Assembly: GCA_964016885.1 (NCBI GenBank)
Contig: OZ024740.1
Span: forward strand, 169,570,001 to 169,634,000
From: Eledone cirrhosa
Taxonomy: Eukaryota
Direction: 5' to 3'
Length of the DNA stretch: 64,000 bases
The first letter of the stretch is position 1, and each line of letters starts with the position of its first letter. Below the pieces are notes generated by a model, which made no database searches, was not told the DNA's origin, and saw only the letters and a list, made by a program, of their open reading frames with translations. A program made the translations under genes and the position numbers. Of this stretch, positions 36,069 through 50,935 are shown one piece after another.

Positions 36069-37699
36069 ATACATTTGTCAGTGTAATCTTAGATATACCA
36101 TAAAATGTTCGTTACGCATGGAACTCCTTTGACCACAAGTCTGTTTAATAATCATATGAGAAGCAATAATTTGTCCTGATCCTAGTATATATAAAAAGTC
36201 AATATCAATTTCACTAAAATATTAATAACATTGGTATTAATAGATATCACAACACGTACTCCGTGACAGTGAATTACTAGCTTTTCATTTATCAGTCAAT
36301 TTGCCAATAAAGACGTTTATTATAACCTGAAAGTGCAGTAACATCACACATATCCATCATCCCTCTATGTATAGCTACACATTATAAAATCACTCATCTT
36401 CCATAGCACGTATGCATACTACACGGATTCAGACAAGGACATTCATCCGAAAGCGTGATTATTTCAAACAAAATCCTCTCCAGACGTGTCATTATAAATA
36501 TCATTCAAAAATGCAAAACTTATGACTCCATTTCTCACCATCCACTTTCACACAACATAGTGAACACCTCTCCAAGAAATAACTCGAAATGCTGATAGAA
36601 ACTACCATTCAGAGTCAACATGTCTAAGTAGTATACAGCAACAATAATATATTTAGAACATATAACTTTCCAAAAGACGTATCCCAAGGATCTATTCTCC
36701 AGCTGAATTTGTTCAAACTTTGCATATCTCAAATCAAATGCAACATCCTACAGAAAAAGCGGCACGATATGTCAGTTTCTTAGTGATCTGGCTTCAAAAC
36801 AACAGACATACAGTAACAGTTGGCGAATAGAGCAATACACTTTTTGTCTGTATCACAAAAGAACTACAAGTATAACCGACCTTAACACCCAGCAGCATAA
36901 ACACACTGCATACACAAATTCAGAAATGCTTTGCATTATATTTCACGCTTCTAATTCATAGCACCCGTTTAATACATAGTGTATATAGCAAAATGGAGTA
37001 CAAACATACTTAGAACTCCAACATACTCTAATATACACAATTTACACAAAAAACTCCTTTTCACAAGAAATTATATCCAACTACAGGTAACGCACAAGAG
37101 GGCCTTTATTATCCTTCCAATCAGCAGTTAGAAAAAAAAATCAGACACAGACATTTTGAACAAACAAACAATATACTAAAACTTAAAGCTATGCCACAGG
37201 AGCTGTTTGTTATTACTATAATATCCAACCCATACATAGTTTGGCATTACATGCACTATCACTTCTAAAATAATATACTCTTCTACGACACTTTCAAATA
37301 ATACTACAACACTATGCTAAAAATACTAACTATGTGGCTTAGTGCATACAAACATATAAACGCTCTAATACACAAGGATAGCAACAATAAGTACATAGGA
37401 GCCATATTTGCCACGTTTGAACCAAATAAACATTGCCCTGCTTCACTGTGGTTTCACTAGAATCGGTATACATAAAATAAATGGAGGGGGCTCCGTATGG
37501 TCGCTTCAAGTTTTAACTCACCATATTAAATAAAGAAAGAATACAATAAATAACGTAGTTGTGTATGTCCATAAAAAACGGGATGGGCATTGCTGGTATA
37601 CCTTTGATCATAGATATATTCAACCGTGTTCAAGGACACAGAAATGTGGAAAGTAACAGTTATTTTCTAGGTTATTTTCTAGTAATTTCATCAATGCTT

Positions 37700-39036
37700 C
37701 AAGCAAATTGAATTAAGCGGCTTAATTTGAACCCCGAAAGAGTCTTCTGTATTTTTGGCCTCCAATCATATTAAAAATTGTACTTCCTTCTGAAACTCGG
37801 ATAAACGTTTATTGATTTTTTTTAAAAAACGATTTACATCCTTTTGTCTCTACGAGCAAGCCTCTGATACTTCGAAAGGATACGAAATAATTCCAAGGAA
37901 TGCGTCTGTATCAGAATATATGCAAAACAAAAGATAACCTTTCCAAGATGATTTTAGAATATTTCCATTTACATGATGGCAACAAACATCGGTCAATTCC
38001 AATTGATCACTTTAGTAGTTTGAAAGAGCAGTATGAAACGATCACTCTAGTCCTGGAGAAGATGATGTATCAAAATCATTAATTTGCTACATAATTAATT
38101 TGTTTAAAGCTAAAATTGTAGAACGTTTTCTTTGTTCTCAGAATATCCTGTTTTGTTTTTATGATTTGGGAAGAGTAGAGTCAGTACTGAGCAATGAAAA
38201 ATATGGTAGCGGGAAACATACTATCAGTGAACCTGATAGCCACTTAATTCAATTTGCTTGAAGCATTGATGAAGGTATTTCTCCCGTAACCATTTCATAT
38301 CAAGATTGTCTTAATGAAGCAATGCTTTATACCCATGAAGAAAGAACATGACCAGTTTGTCACCTTATGTAATAGATATCCTGAACTAAGAATAGAAAGG
38401 TTAAAGAAAGGATTTTGTCTTCAGTTTAGAAATATTATAAACGATCTACTTTTCTTAGATTCAATATTCAAGACTGTGTCCTATGTATGGTTTTCATTTG
38501 TTATAGTCGTTAAAAACTTCCTTGGTAACCTTAAGGCCAAAATCTAACCAGAATTAATAGAAATAAGGCTTTACAATCTCAATAAACATAGCTGTAATAT
38601 ATCCATTAAGTTTTATTACTTCTCCAATCATTTAAATTGCTTTCCGAATACGCAACGCTAATTTAAATGAAGATCAAGGAAAATATTTCATCGGGATATA
38701 AAACCAACGGAAGAGTGTTACCAGGAAAAGTAGGTAGACATGTGGAGTTAGATTACTGCTAGAAATTTCAGCAGGACTGTATTGGAAAATGTTACCCTCG
38801 AAAATCATGTGTACCATGACAATTTTATGTAGAGTTTTGAGTAGTGTGGTATGCACTTGTTTCAAAAGCACGTAATATATGCATAGCGATAATAATATTA
38901 TGCAGCAGATGTGTAGATAATTAATTAATTACAGCTGATTCGGCAAATGTGATGCTGCTTTTTGGAATCAACACTCCAAATATACGAAAATGTGTGTTGT
39001 CAAATGCAGCATTGGAATAATTAATATTACCAAGTG
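37700..39036 (+). mobile_element. Old, heavily decayed Chapaev3-like transposase relic
   Basis: HLHDGNKHRSIPI..LKEQYETITLVLE, FHIKIVLMKQ and VVKNFLGN match, in order, motifs of the 24-25.9 kb transposase; boundaries approximate. Confidence 0.62.
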
Positions 39037-39304
39037 TTTCCCTAACTTGCAAAGCTGAATCAAATTCTTCCTATAGTCGTGCAAAAAGCAACGAAACACC
39101 ACTTCAGAACTCTTTTCTACATTTGTCTTCATAAGTATTTATATTAGATTATCATATTGGCAAATTAGTCAGGGTGTATTTGTTCCGTCACCTTATGTTC
39201 TGTTTACAAATCCCACCGAGGACAACGTTGTCTTTCATTTCAAATAAGTTGTCAGTTAAGTACGAGATCGATTGTCTATCCCCCAAAATCTGAGAAATAA
39301 ATTC

Positions 39305-39505
39305 AAGGGCGGTGGATTAAGTGTAATTAGGTTGTTGTAACAAATATTTCTGGTATTTAGTTACAACCTCTTTACGTTCAGTGTTCCAAACGCACGAAGG
39401 TCAACTTTGCTTTCTCCTTCACGTATTTGATAAAATATAGTAATAGTTAAGTACTGGACTCGATATAATCGATTGTCTTTCCCCAACTGAATTTCTGGTT
39501 TTATT
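39305..39505 (+). mobile_element. Decayed SINE of the 32973 family (further relics near 22340, 39180, 43040, 52995, 62790)
   Basis: GGGCGGTGGATT head and GGTCAACTTTGCTTT body motif. Confidence 0.6.
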
Positions 39506-40459
39506 ACAAATCGTGATCATTATTTGAGAAAATTAATGCACTTTGCATGCTGTTGCACACTTTGCATCCTAAATATAAAAACAAAGCCCAGGGTATTCCT
39601 TCGCTTCGTTTATAAAATATATCATGTAGTATAAACGTAACAAGACGATGGAAACTTTGAAATAATATTACGTTACGTTCAGTCAATGACTAATTGTTCC
39701 AATAACACTAATACAAGTTTCCAGTTTTGCTAGAAACACTTTTGAATCAAATGGTGGTAACTTATTGTTAAAGCTACCTGCAGTGGTGACACCATATTTA
39801 TATATGTAAAGCTGTTGGGGTCGTAACATTTATAATTTCGGAATTAGTTCTGAATAGTGTGTTAGTATTTATAATTTAAAAGAAAATACATATTTCCAGC
39901 GCAGTGATTGACTCAGCATAAATGACAAGTGAAGGAATTGCTTTCTTGTACGTTATAAGTTTAAAAAGAACAACTTCAGTAGCAGGAACAACTTCAACAG
40001 CAGTTGAAGCAATAAAGCAACAGCAGCAAAGCACCAAAGCAACAAAGCAACAACAATAGAAAAATAGGAATAAAAGCGACAGGAGTAGCAGTATGAGTAG
40101 AAGAAAGATTTTCATTCTCAAATAGCAGTAAAAAGAGATTGAAAAAACTGATAACCCGCAAACATAAAGCTTACATGCTGTGCATGTGAATAAGCAAAGA
40201 GAAACGTGTGTGTGTGTGTTTTCACTTCGTTAATCTATTGTGTGTAAAGCTGTTTGTTTATTTTAATTAGTTAGATTCAGTGTTTTCCTGTTGGTTATTT
40301 TTGAGTGAGATACCTCGATCAAAAGAAACAATGTTTGATGAAATATAGTCATAATATTAATATGCTTAACGAGGATTTCATCTATACAATTATCATTTAT
40401 AAAATTATCATATATGCAATTATGTTTATAATTAGGCTATACAAGAATTTGATACTTAC

Positions 40460-40711
40460 GTTCGTAATGTGGTACTTCACACGACGCCTCACGACGTTCG
40501 TCTGGTTTTGGTGGTGATTGTGTGAATTCTCGGATTCCTGGTTCTGTAGCACTAGAACTATCTGTTGGCTGAGAACTAAAATCCGGATGAGTCTCGTAAA
40601 CAATTGGTTGCGTTCTTTGAGACCTTTTAGCATTCTCGTAGGCTTCGAGAAGTTCGTCTCTGCTAGACGAAACTGTTGTTATACTAGATATTACACTATG
40701 GCGTTGACTTC
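40460..40711 (-). CDS. Dscam: Dscam cytoplasmic exon: (G)SQRHSVISSITTVSSSRDELLEAYENAK..TDSSSATEPGIREFTQSPPKPDERREASCEVPHYE
   Basis: cag acceptor, gtaagt donor, 252 nt open, phase 1 to 1; resembles vertebrate DSCAM EELARAYEHAK and ESGICRFTASPPKP (recalled). Confidence 0.88.
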
Positions 40712-41453
40712 CTGGTGTTTCACAAAGACAGAAGAAATATAGTTACTAAAATAAGTAGAATTTAGAATTGGATATTCTTCATAGTTTACAGATTCAGAAA
40801 GAAATTGTCTAAGTGACTGAGTTAAATAGAGTGATAGAGATGTTGCATATAAATATTTCTAATCATTCCAGTTACATTAAATACAATGATTAAGGTTTCC
40901 TCTCATAATTATAACAGAAAATTCTGTCCATTTAACATTTAGTAAAATACAGTTGGATATTTTGTTATAGTTAATCTTTAGCTAGTAATAATAGTGAAAT
41001 GGCCAAGTATATATATATATTGTTTATGTTACCATTTATGTATTGTCATATAAATGGTATATTTTGATATACATAACTTTTAGATGCACTTGTCTTTATA
41101 AAACAATACATTATCATAATATGCTGAAATGTTACTTGATTAAATCATGGTGTTTAAAGTCAGATCCTAAAAGTCAGATCCTTAGAAACCTGATAATATA
41201 AGGTAGGGCACTGAACAACCAAGTTTCAAAAAACTATATACGAACCATGAAATAAAGACCTTTAAAGATAGCAAAATTATTTAAACCGTGGGGATTTTGA
41301 AGTTCTCAGCATATATTTGATTGTATACATAAACACACACACACATATATATATATATATAACTACAAACATGCATAAGCAAGCATCGATAGACATACAT
41401 ATGTTCTGGTGTACGTGCATTTCTGTATACATCTGTATACGCATGTGTGTGTT

Positions 41454-41566
<113 letters not shown>

Positions 41567-44500
41567 GATTCCACGTGTGTAGGTGTATTCTTGTCTGTAT
41601 TTGTCGTAGTTTATATTTGTCCTTTTTCATTAATTCTTTGGACATCATTAATGTACAAAACAATCGTTTTTATGACATTTTAACATACAATTTCTACTGA
41701 ATGAAAGATAGAACGTATCATAAGACATGCATAAAATGTAAAAATACATCTTTTAAAACATAACAAACAGCTCAAAAACGACATTCAATTTTCTATAACT
41801 TTGATATGAAATTATGCAGGATATCAAGGGCGTCAGTATTTCTATTCTCGAATCACATGTGGTGGTTACAGGCCCAACAAGTAAAAAAAAAGAATTCTTG
41901 TCAACATCTTATATGAGTGACGAGAATTGTTGAGTGTATCGTTGGTGCCCGAGTAGTGGTGGTATGTCACTAGTCAACTTCAAAGAGCAGAGGTCACTGT
42001 AGTAGCTATAGAAAAGTGAGAGAGGAAATATCTTATGTTTGGGCCAGAGTTGCCTTAGTTCATAAGGAATTTCAGGTCAATCAGTGGCCTTTCTTTGCAA
42101 GCGGTCAAGATTTCTCTGTGAATTGCATCAGCCAGCAGGATCACTTCAGATGTGGGAACAGCAATACATTGTGAGAACATCAATATGGCTCTCACTTAAG
42201 ATTTGTTGAGATTTAGTAGTTTTGGAGTGGACTGAATTTTTTTTATTGGTTAAGAAGAGGAGGACCAAACTTAGAAATAAAGCTGTTCCTATGTCAAGGA
42301 TATGCGTTCAAGGTGATAGCAAGGCATATCATTCGAAACGACCGCAATTAAACGGTATTTTTGTTTAGTAAGCAGCAAGAGGTACGGTAATGTTTTCTTC
42401 CATGGATTGCTTTTTAAGTGCAGGAATTGAGTCTTTTTGCGTATAAAATCAAGTAAATCGAGGTGTGTTTACAAGTACAAATGCACAGTTAATATACACT
42501 AGCTTTACCTTTTCTCTGGGAAACAAGGGCTATGTACATTTCATTGAAAAACGAGACTGTATTGTTGAAGTTCATTTAGAGAACCAATGCTAAACTTTCA
42601 ATTATTATGGTTTTCTATTAATTCATTTATATATCAATTGGGCCTATGTAATCGGAAAGAAACAAATTATTCCAGATATTCTCTCTAGATAAATATGTTT
42701 ATTATTGAATACTAAAAAGAAAAATGGAGAGGTTTATATGGTCAAGATTTATTTAAACAGCGAGAAAAATTGTATGTTGTATTAATAGTTAATATATTAT
42801 TTCTAGTAAAGATATGGTTGAGATTTCAATAGTGTTAAACTGCAGACTGATATTTTGACGGTTGTTAATGTAAAGGAAATATTAATTTTGTTTGATTAGA
42901 TACAGAGTTGATGTGTAAAAGGAAAGAAAAATATATCTTGGAACGATGATATCCCTACAAGAGGATTTTAGCCTTGATCGCAAAATAAGTGATTCTGACT
43001 GTAAATGGAAACCGATTTGTGGAATCGGTACTCCAAGGTTTATCATCTCCTATACAGCAGTGTTAAACTCGTTAAGACATCGGACAAAATGCTTTGTGAC
43101 AATTGTTCCAGCTCTTTATGTTGCAAGTTCAAATTTTGCCAAGGTCAACTTTGTCTTTCATCTTTCAGAGATCGATGAAATAAAGTAACAGTCAAGTGCC
43201 CGGGTAAATATCATCAATATTCCTCATTTTTCAAAATTAGACGGCATTATCTGCTATATATGCACGTGAGAAAAACTACCACAAAATATAATATAGCATA
43301 ACTATTTTGATAACGGTAACAACTCTGCGATGTAGCATGAATTCGGCGTTGAACTATTGCATACGATTAAATACCTAATACTTCTTACATGCTCTGTGCT
43401 GCGTTGGCTTGTTCCTATTCATAGGAGTGTAGCACTGGCAAAACTAAGTTCCCGTAAGTACAGGTTAGTAAAGGATTGGCTTCACTAGGCTGAAATGCTT
43501 AAGAAATAATATATCAGGTTGAAGTCAAGTGTGTGATATTCTCATGAATAAACGATTATGGAAAACCTTGAGATCCAAAGCTACACACATAGAGGTAAAA
43601 GTTAAAGTTACATTAAAGAATAAACAATATTACAATATGCCGACATAGCAATATAACTCAAGTAGCAAGTATTACATTACAAGTAACAATGTAATGGGTG
43701 AAATGTACCACTTTAATATTGCCGAATTTGAATTGAAGTTCAATTTCCTATTTTACTAAATATAGCCAGAAAAGAAATTAGAGTGAAAACATTCTTGAAA
43801 CCCCACAAGAATCAAATAGAAAATTGATTCATTCCATCTAAATTCGTACATGCAATACGATTTGTTTGTCCATACGTAGACAAGTGCCCCCTATCCACAC
43901 AAGCAAAACACATACATACACACACGCACAATCACAAACAAATACAGACATTTTTGGTTTCAACACACTTTCCTATCCACTGAGGTTGCTTTCAAACTAA
44001 GAATCATTGAATTTTGTCGCCAGTATTTAGAGCAGGATTGAAAGTGCTGTCAATAGAAACAAAGGATGAAAAAGAGAATACAAGAAAAGATAAAAAAAAC
44101 ACGAATGATACATTTACTCTTATACTAGAGAAAATAACACGATATATTCAATTTGCCAACAAGGTATTTTACTGAAATAAGATAAAACTTTAATTTAGTA
44201 ATTGCAATGAATTGTAATTATTTTTTACTAAATGAAAGAAAGATGATAAAATGGATGTGCATATTTGAGGAATAAATATTAGAAAGAATATTACAGCTGA
44301 AACGCAACAAAATTTGATTTGAATAACTTTTAAGTGGAACAATAACTAAATGCGATTATCCTTAATTTTATCAGAGAAAAAGAAACACCCACAAAAAACT
44401 GTAGTAGGCTATGTCTCGTGCAAAAAAATTAAGAGAAATGAGGCAGTTCAATGAATTTAATAACAGTATTTTATCCTTAAAGAAAGAGCTGCACTATAAA

Positions 44501-45447
44501 AATAATGTTTCCTGGGATTTCTGTGTTGTTTGATCAAACTGCTAGAAATACTTATTCATACCAACTATTCATACCCTGGAAAAATACAGTTTATAAAATG
44601 GGAGATATCCATTAGTGGAAACCGCCACCATTTTCATCATTCCACGCCTTCACCACCATATAGAAATGAATTATGATCCAATGTAAGAGGCTATGTATAA
44701 TCACTCAACTTGCTAGAAATAGCAAATAAATTCCTGATAAATCATATCCCACTCTATTTGAAACGAATTGGGACACAATGCATAATATAGTCTTAGATGC
44801 AATGTTCGAAAATAGGGAGAGTCGCCGCTGGAATAACTTTTATGATCGGTCTGTTCGATCGTTCCTTGCCAGGAGTTAAATATCCTGACTGTATATGTAT
44901 TTTAACACAGACTTTTAACATAACAACACAGGCTTTTAACTTACGGTAGAGTTTCTCTAAATAATTAGAATTCTTTATGCTAACCATTCGTTCGGTATTA
45001 AATCAAATATGGGACAGGTTCTCTAAATGATTATATATCTCCTTCACCACTCGATTTTGCAGTACGGTACTGTCCATTTGAATATGGAAGTTGGAAATAT
45101 TGCTAAGTTTATCTTTAACCTTGTTTCCCAGAGTCAGTAAATCAACGCGGTTTCAATTACATATCTCACCTTTTTCACTAGAACTCCCACCTAAACCCTG
45201 TTTAGCTACATTTAGATCAGGTATATTGTCACATCTTGGGGAAGTTGAAAGTTGGATACATGTCTCGTTAGAACTGATATATTTATGAAGAGTCATCAAA
45301 ACATCTAAAATAGAACAAATGTTGCCGTTCCTTTTAAATGACGTTAGAATATCTAAAAGGAAATCATAATGAAAACAGACATTCATACACACATACTGAG
45401 ACATATTCATAATAAATCCAGCCATCTCTCTCTCTCTCTCTCTCTCG

Positions 45448-45505
<58 letters not shown>

Positions 45506-45689
45506 AAATATAAATTCAGCGAGAATCGCATTTCGGCATTTAGAAAAAGCGATATATATTTATATACATATATATACATATACATATATATGAATGTATA
45601 TATAATTAAAAGCATTTCGAAGACCTTATGCTATTGTTTTAGAGTAGTGACAAACTCACTTACTTTAATTTCAGCAAACAAGGGGAGAT

Positions 45690-45740
45690 AAAGCTGACAA
45701 GGCCTTGTTTCGCATTTATTGATGCTTATCAAAGACAACT
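45690..45740 (-). ncRNA. Minimal hammerhead motif, U3-A8 core variant (copy 1)
   Basis: gtct-TTGATAA-GCAT(caataa)ATGC-GAAA-CAAGGCCTTG-TC-agct; stem I is weaker than in copy 2. Confidence 0.55.
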
Positions 45741-46013
45741 ACTCCTCCTGTTTGCTGAAATCATCGATGTTTGGTTCTTATAGAATTGTAGTAAATAATC
45801 AGGAACTGATTATACAGAGCGGTTGTAGGTCAAGCAGAAATTGAAAATTAGAATTGGTGCTCTGAAATAGCGATATATATATGAATGTATATATATATAG
45901 TGTATTTTGCAATACACTGTATGCTTAATTAAAAGCATTTCGAAGACAGTATGCTATTGTTTTAGAGTAGTGACAGATTCACTTACTTTAATTTTCAGCA
46001 AACAGGGGGAGAT

Positions 46014-46063
46014 AAAGCTGACAAGGCCTTGTTTCGCATTTATTGATGCTTATCAAAGCCAAC
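46014..46063 (-). ncRNA. Minimal hammerhead motif, U3-A8 core variant (copy 2)
   Basis: GGCT-TTGATAA-GCAT(caataa)ATGC-GAAA-CAAGGCCTTG-TC-AGCT; GUC cleavage triplet and palindromic stem III. Confidence 0.68.
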
Positions 46064-46359
46064 TACTCCTCCTGTTTGCTGAAATCATGGATGTTTGGTT
46101 CTTATAGAATTCTAGTAAATAATGAGGAACTGATTATACAGAGCGGTTGTCGGTCAAGCAGAAATTGAAAATTAGAATTGGTGCTCTGTCAGCTTTATCT
46201 CCCCCTGTTTGCTGAAAATTAAAGTAAGTGAGTCTGTCACTACTCTAAAACAATAGCATACGGTCTTCGAAATGCTTTTAATTAAGCATACAGTGTATTG
46301 CAAAATACACTATATATATATACATTCATATATATATCGCTATTTCAGAGCACCAATTC

Positions 46360-46439
<80 letters not shown>

Positions 46440-49318
46440 TATATATATACATTATTTATGCGCGTGATTATATATGCTCGAACGTGTATCTGAAGGCAAC
46501 CTTCCACATGAAAACAATCTAATTAAAATAGGCTAATCATACTTAACGAAGTGATCCTAAACTATTTTTTACGCAATTGAAATTATATCCGGAATGAGAA
46601 GAACATCCTTCGCTTCAATGAAACAGTTATGGCGATTTTTTAATATATACATGCATAATGCTGAGGCTGTCCTCTTATCGCTGATCTAAAAAGTAAGAAT
46701 TTTGTTTTGTGTATCGTGGTTTAAACCTTCCTTCGGTCATTTCGATGTGGTATCTTAATTCAGTTATACTAATATATTAAGAAAAAGGTGGAGAAGTAGA
46801 CGATATACAGGCACATCGTTTAGAAAACGTTTTTATATCATAAACCCAAATTGCAGAGCTATGGAAAAAACGATATAATGACAGTGTTAGTAGGCTGCTA
46901 CCAACATAAAGAATACAACCTATGACATACCTGGGATCTAACCCAACATACAACGCATATCCAACTCATGGCTCTATGACAGGAATCCTTATTAATTGTA
47001 ATGTTGTATAATTTTATTTCAGGGAAAATATACTTTATTTGACATGAATGTGGTTGATGTATGTAAAATTATTCCCAACTTAATATAATTTGAGTTAATA
47101 TAATTTAATGTCATGTATTTTCATTCCTTAGAGATGAGTTCAGACGACATCAATTTGATTTATATCATGATAACAAAAGGATGAATGATAATAGAGTAGA
47201 CATGATAAGATATTTTAAATAATTATAATAGAATGGTTAATTACTCAAACGTATATAGTCTCGTTGAAATTAAAGTTAAATAATTTAAAAATAATTACAA
47301 AATTGATGTAACCTTAGAATTAGACCCAATGCTATTTAGACCCTATCACAATCTTAACGAGAATTTAAATTACATGCATATACTACCCAGCCACATTAGC
47401 ACTGATATCAACTGGATAGTTAGACAAGTCTAATTTAGGATTTCTAAACTCACAGCAAATGAAGATATTAGCTAATTCTGGGAACTGAGAAAGCAATCAT
47501 CTACATACAAGTAACACTAAATAACCCAGGCGCCCAGATCCTCATCATAGTTATAACAGCTAAAGAAAGAAATATAAACTCCTAAAGCAAATCTGACGGA
47601 TACTTTGACCAGATTTCTTCGTCGGCATATATTTACCTAAACAACGGATTTGGAAATAGGTGCCAACCGAAGACTAAATACGGAACTTTAAATTATGACA
47701 TTAACCTAGAATCAGAAAGATAAAAACGAAGAGTAGAAAACAAGAGGAAAACTCCTGCAATAAGACAAGTTAAGCCCAACATACAACAATGCTTGAGAGA
47801 ATAACAACACAAGATACCCTAAAAATCAATAGATATCACCCAAAAAGAGAACTAGACGTAGAAAATCTACCTGGATTAATTTTCCAGACAATGCAGATGT
47901 CCAACACACACAAATTATTCTGTGAGATTATGCAGAAAGTTTCCCCTCCATCATATAGACACCATAGAATAATTAAAGGAACACTTTAGTTTTCTTATTC
48001 AACAACACCTAACTTGATAGACAATATAGGATTTAATAACCATAGGGAAATGGAAGGAAATATATATACATAAACACTGGTAAATGTAATATAACATCTA
48101 AAACAGCCAAACAAGTAGGCGTAGTCTCTAATAGCTTAAATAATGAAGGGCCTGATACGCCGCTCAGATCCTGTCAGCCTGACAATCTGGGACTCCGATT
48201 AATGAGAAAAAACTGTACCCTCTTGAACAATATGTAAGTGCAGGATCCCAGATAATTACCGACTACAGGAGAAATGTTTTATGAAATATATCGTGTATAA
48301 ATGTAAAGCATTTACTGAAAATGAAAACAAGCTCTAACTAGGGGCTATTGCTAACTGTTTTAAAACAAAACAGTTTTTACGCGTATTTGAACTTTTTCAG
48401 AAAGGAAAATATAAAACGTACTATGTGTAATGTCCAGAATTTACCTGGACATTACAGAATTCGAAGGTAAGGTATAATTTAATCTGGTCCATTATTGATT
48501 TGGTTTGTCTATATGAATGGGGAAGATGGAGGAAACTGTTCTGCCGATGCTCTGAAGAACTTCTCAGAAAAACCTTGTTTAAACCGGAGACAAAAAAATT
48601 ATCATATGTTGCTCGCATAAGATTCTGAGAACATTACCATGGCTCGTGTGTGATCCAAAGTAGATACAATTACCTCTATAAATTAGATAGGAAAAATTCA
48701 TAACCTTTAATGTTCTCTTTAATTTAGAACTATTACAGACCTTTTAATAGTCATATCCCCAGTAAATAGAAATTGAATTACGTATTCTTACGTCGTACAA
48801 ATATACTCGAGTAATTTCGTCTGCCCCGAAAACGTGAAAAATAACCCTACTATTGATTAACACAATAAAGTTGTATGCATTATCTAAGTTAATATTTGAT
48901 AGTAATCTGTTGACATCGATCTATAATAATTTTCAGTTGGTCCACCATAATAACCTTCTCTCCCTTACAAATGGGTCTAAACATTTTTATTCTAGATTTT
49001 TTTTCTCTCACTGGTTTTCATTACATGGCATTGTGTATTATTTGAAATACGGCATTCTTTTAAACAGTACATGTTCCAACCATGCCAGAATTATTTATAA
49101 GACGACCTTGATGCTATGACGAAAATCATTTAAATTTCCCTGAATAAGTAAACATATTCTGAATCACATGCCATACTGTATGAAATATATGAAAGTAAGT
49201 ACACACACACACACACACACACACTCACACACAGTTCATTAACCAAGTGACAAAAGGCTTTTTTTTTTTAGTGGTGACAGTTCCACGTATTTGAGAACAT
49301 GTGGGTTTGTACATATAC

Positions 49319-49398
<80 letters not shown>

Positions 49399-49825
49399 GC
49401 GTGTGCGTGTGCGTGTGTGTGTGTGTATGTGTGTATTTAATGTTTGGGTGATATGTGTGCGTTCCAACGTTAACAACTATAAATGATAGCTGAGAAATTG
49501 GGTAAAATAGTTCTGAAGGCTGAGAAAGGTGGACAGAGGCACCTGAATGAATCAAAACGCACATCTTTCAGATGCTAGCCTCTGTTTACTAATTCTCAAT
49601 TTTTAGAAGAGTTTAAGTGAACAGCTAGAACTATAGACAACACGATTCTTCCAGGAAGCACTGGAAATTTGGAATTTGAAATGTAAGCGTGTCAGTGCAA
49701 TTCCAAATGCTTCGTAAGTCAACCGATTTAATTTCAATATTTCTAAAGAATAGAGATTTTATAAAAATTGCTATAAAATGTCAGATCAAGCAAGATTAAA
49801 CGAACAACAAAAATATGTGTTTTAC

Positions 49826-49928
49826 CTTTATTTTCAATACCTTCCTTTTTCTTTCTCGGGGGTTTAGAAAGAGACGAGGTGTTTGGATATGGCATTCTTG
49901 GCCGCATCTTCAGTGGCGGGCCACGTAT
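49826..49928 (-). CDS. Dscam: Dscam cytoplasmic exon: IRGPPLKMRPRMPYPNTSSLSKPPRKKKEGIENK
   Basis: cttag acceptor, gtaaa donor; phase 0 to 1 links the exons at 51068 and 40711. Confidence 0.75.
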
Positions 49929-50639
49929 CTAAGTGTATAACAATAAATAAATAAATAAATAACTAAATAAATAAACATATTATTAAGAAGTTCGTTGAAA
50001 GTTATGTAAAAGGTTGAATACTCCATCAGGAAACAATCACAATTTTTAAAGAAAGAGAAAGAGTAAACAATTATAAAACAGTTAAGAAAAATATAAATGA
50101 AATGTAATAGTTTTTAGTCAGCATATATTTATTGTATGCTTTCTCTGGGCTACAGATTCCAAGACTGTGTTCCTTAGTTATGTGCAATGTCTTGTTTTTA
50201 TATATTCTACTATTAATATTTAGTTTGGCGGAACAGTTAGAGTGTGAGACAAAATACCTATCTCTTATGGTATTTATTTATGGTGGTTTAGATCTTTTGT
50301 TCATATCTGATTCAAGTCAACTTTGTTTTCACCTTTCATGATAGATACTGCCAGTCACGTACTGTGATCGATTTAATCGACTAAACGATTTTCCAAGATT
50401 TCTAATCTGGTGCTTATATTAAAAACAATTATTATTATTTAGCAAGTGTAGTGAATTGGCAGAATCTCCGAGCTAAACACTGTTGAGTAAAATTATTCCA
50501 AAGACCCTTCTAAGGAACTCAATTTTAACCATTTTATTCGCGATCATATGCTTTCTATCATTATTCAAGATTCAAAGAGTTGGCACGAATACTAAATTGA
50601 AGATAGCGAGTTTGGCTTTTGCCCCTATCTCCCTTCTGA

Positions 50640-50935
50640 TAAACGGATGCTGAAGCTGGTGCATTACTACACCCGTTTCTGCAATTCTTGCACTTAATTC
50701 CGTTTCCTGCCCTCAAACGCGCGTGAACACGTCCCCGAGATACTTGAACTTCTCCACCTGCTTCAGTAGAACTCCATTTACATGTAGAGTGCACTGCGCA
50801 GGCTTTCTTGAGAGGACGCAGCACTGATTTTCCTTTCTGCCATACAACACTAGGCAACAAACCTATCAAGTGCATGTCGGACATAACCTCCAGACGAGTT
50901 AAGTAGTACAACGTCGTCTGCAAATTTCAGCTGAC
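50640..50935 (-). pseudogene. LINE RT relic
   Basis: LKFADDVVLL and LKQVEKFKYLGDVFT motifs, separated by stops. Confidence 0.75.

Larger units (their letters stand above)
45545..46362. repeat. Tandem (about 325-bp period) plus inverted repeat, PLE pseudo-LTR-like arrangement
   Basis: About 45600-45865 is repeated at about 45925-46187; 46186-46362 is an inverted copy of about 45846-46022. Confidence 0.9.

Noticed and set aside
36539-36623. Candidate exon with GTGAG donor
   Set aside because: Phase 1 to 2 is incompatible with the 40460 to 34954 junction.
40580-40682. CGGATGA..GAAAC hammerhead-like string on +
   Set aside because: It lies in a well-supported Dscam exon on - and the core is non-canonical.
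47350-48250. A-rich strand-biased stretch that might be a PLE ORF relic
   Set aside because: No RT or GIY-YIG motif could be read.
48445-48624. Candidate exon with ag/gt ends
   Set aside because: Phase 0 to 0 does not fit the flanking phase-1 junction and there is no Dscam-like content.
50561-50923. 120-aa ORF as a Dscam exon
   Set aside because: Other frames show LINE RT motifs (FADDVVLL, FKYLG).
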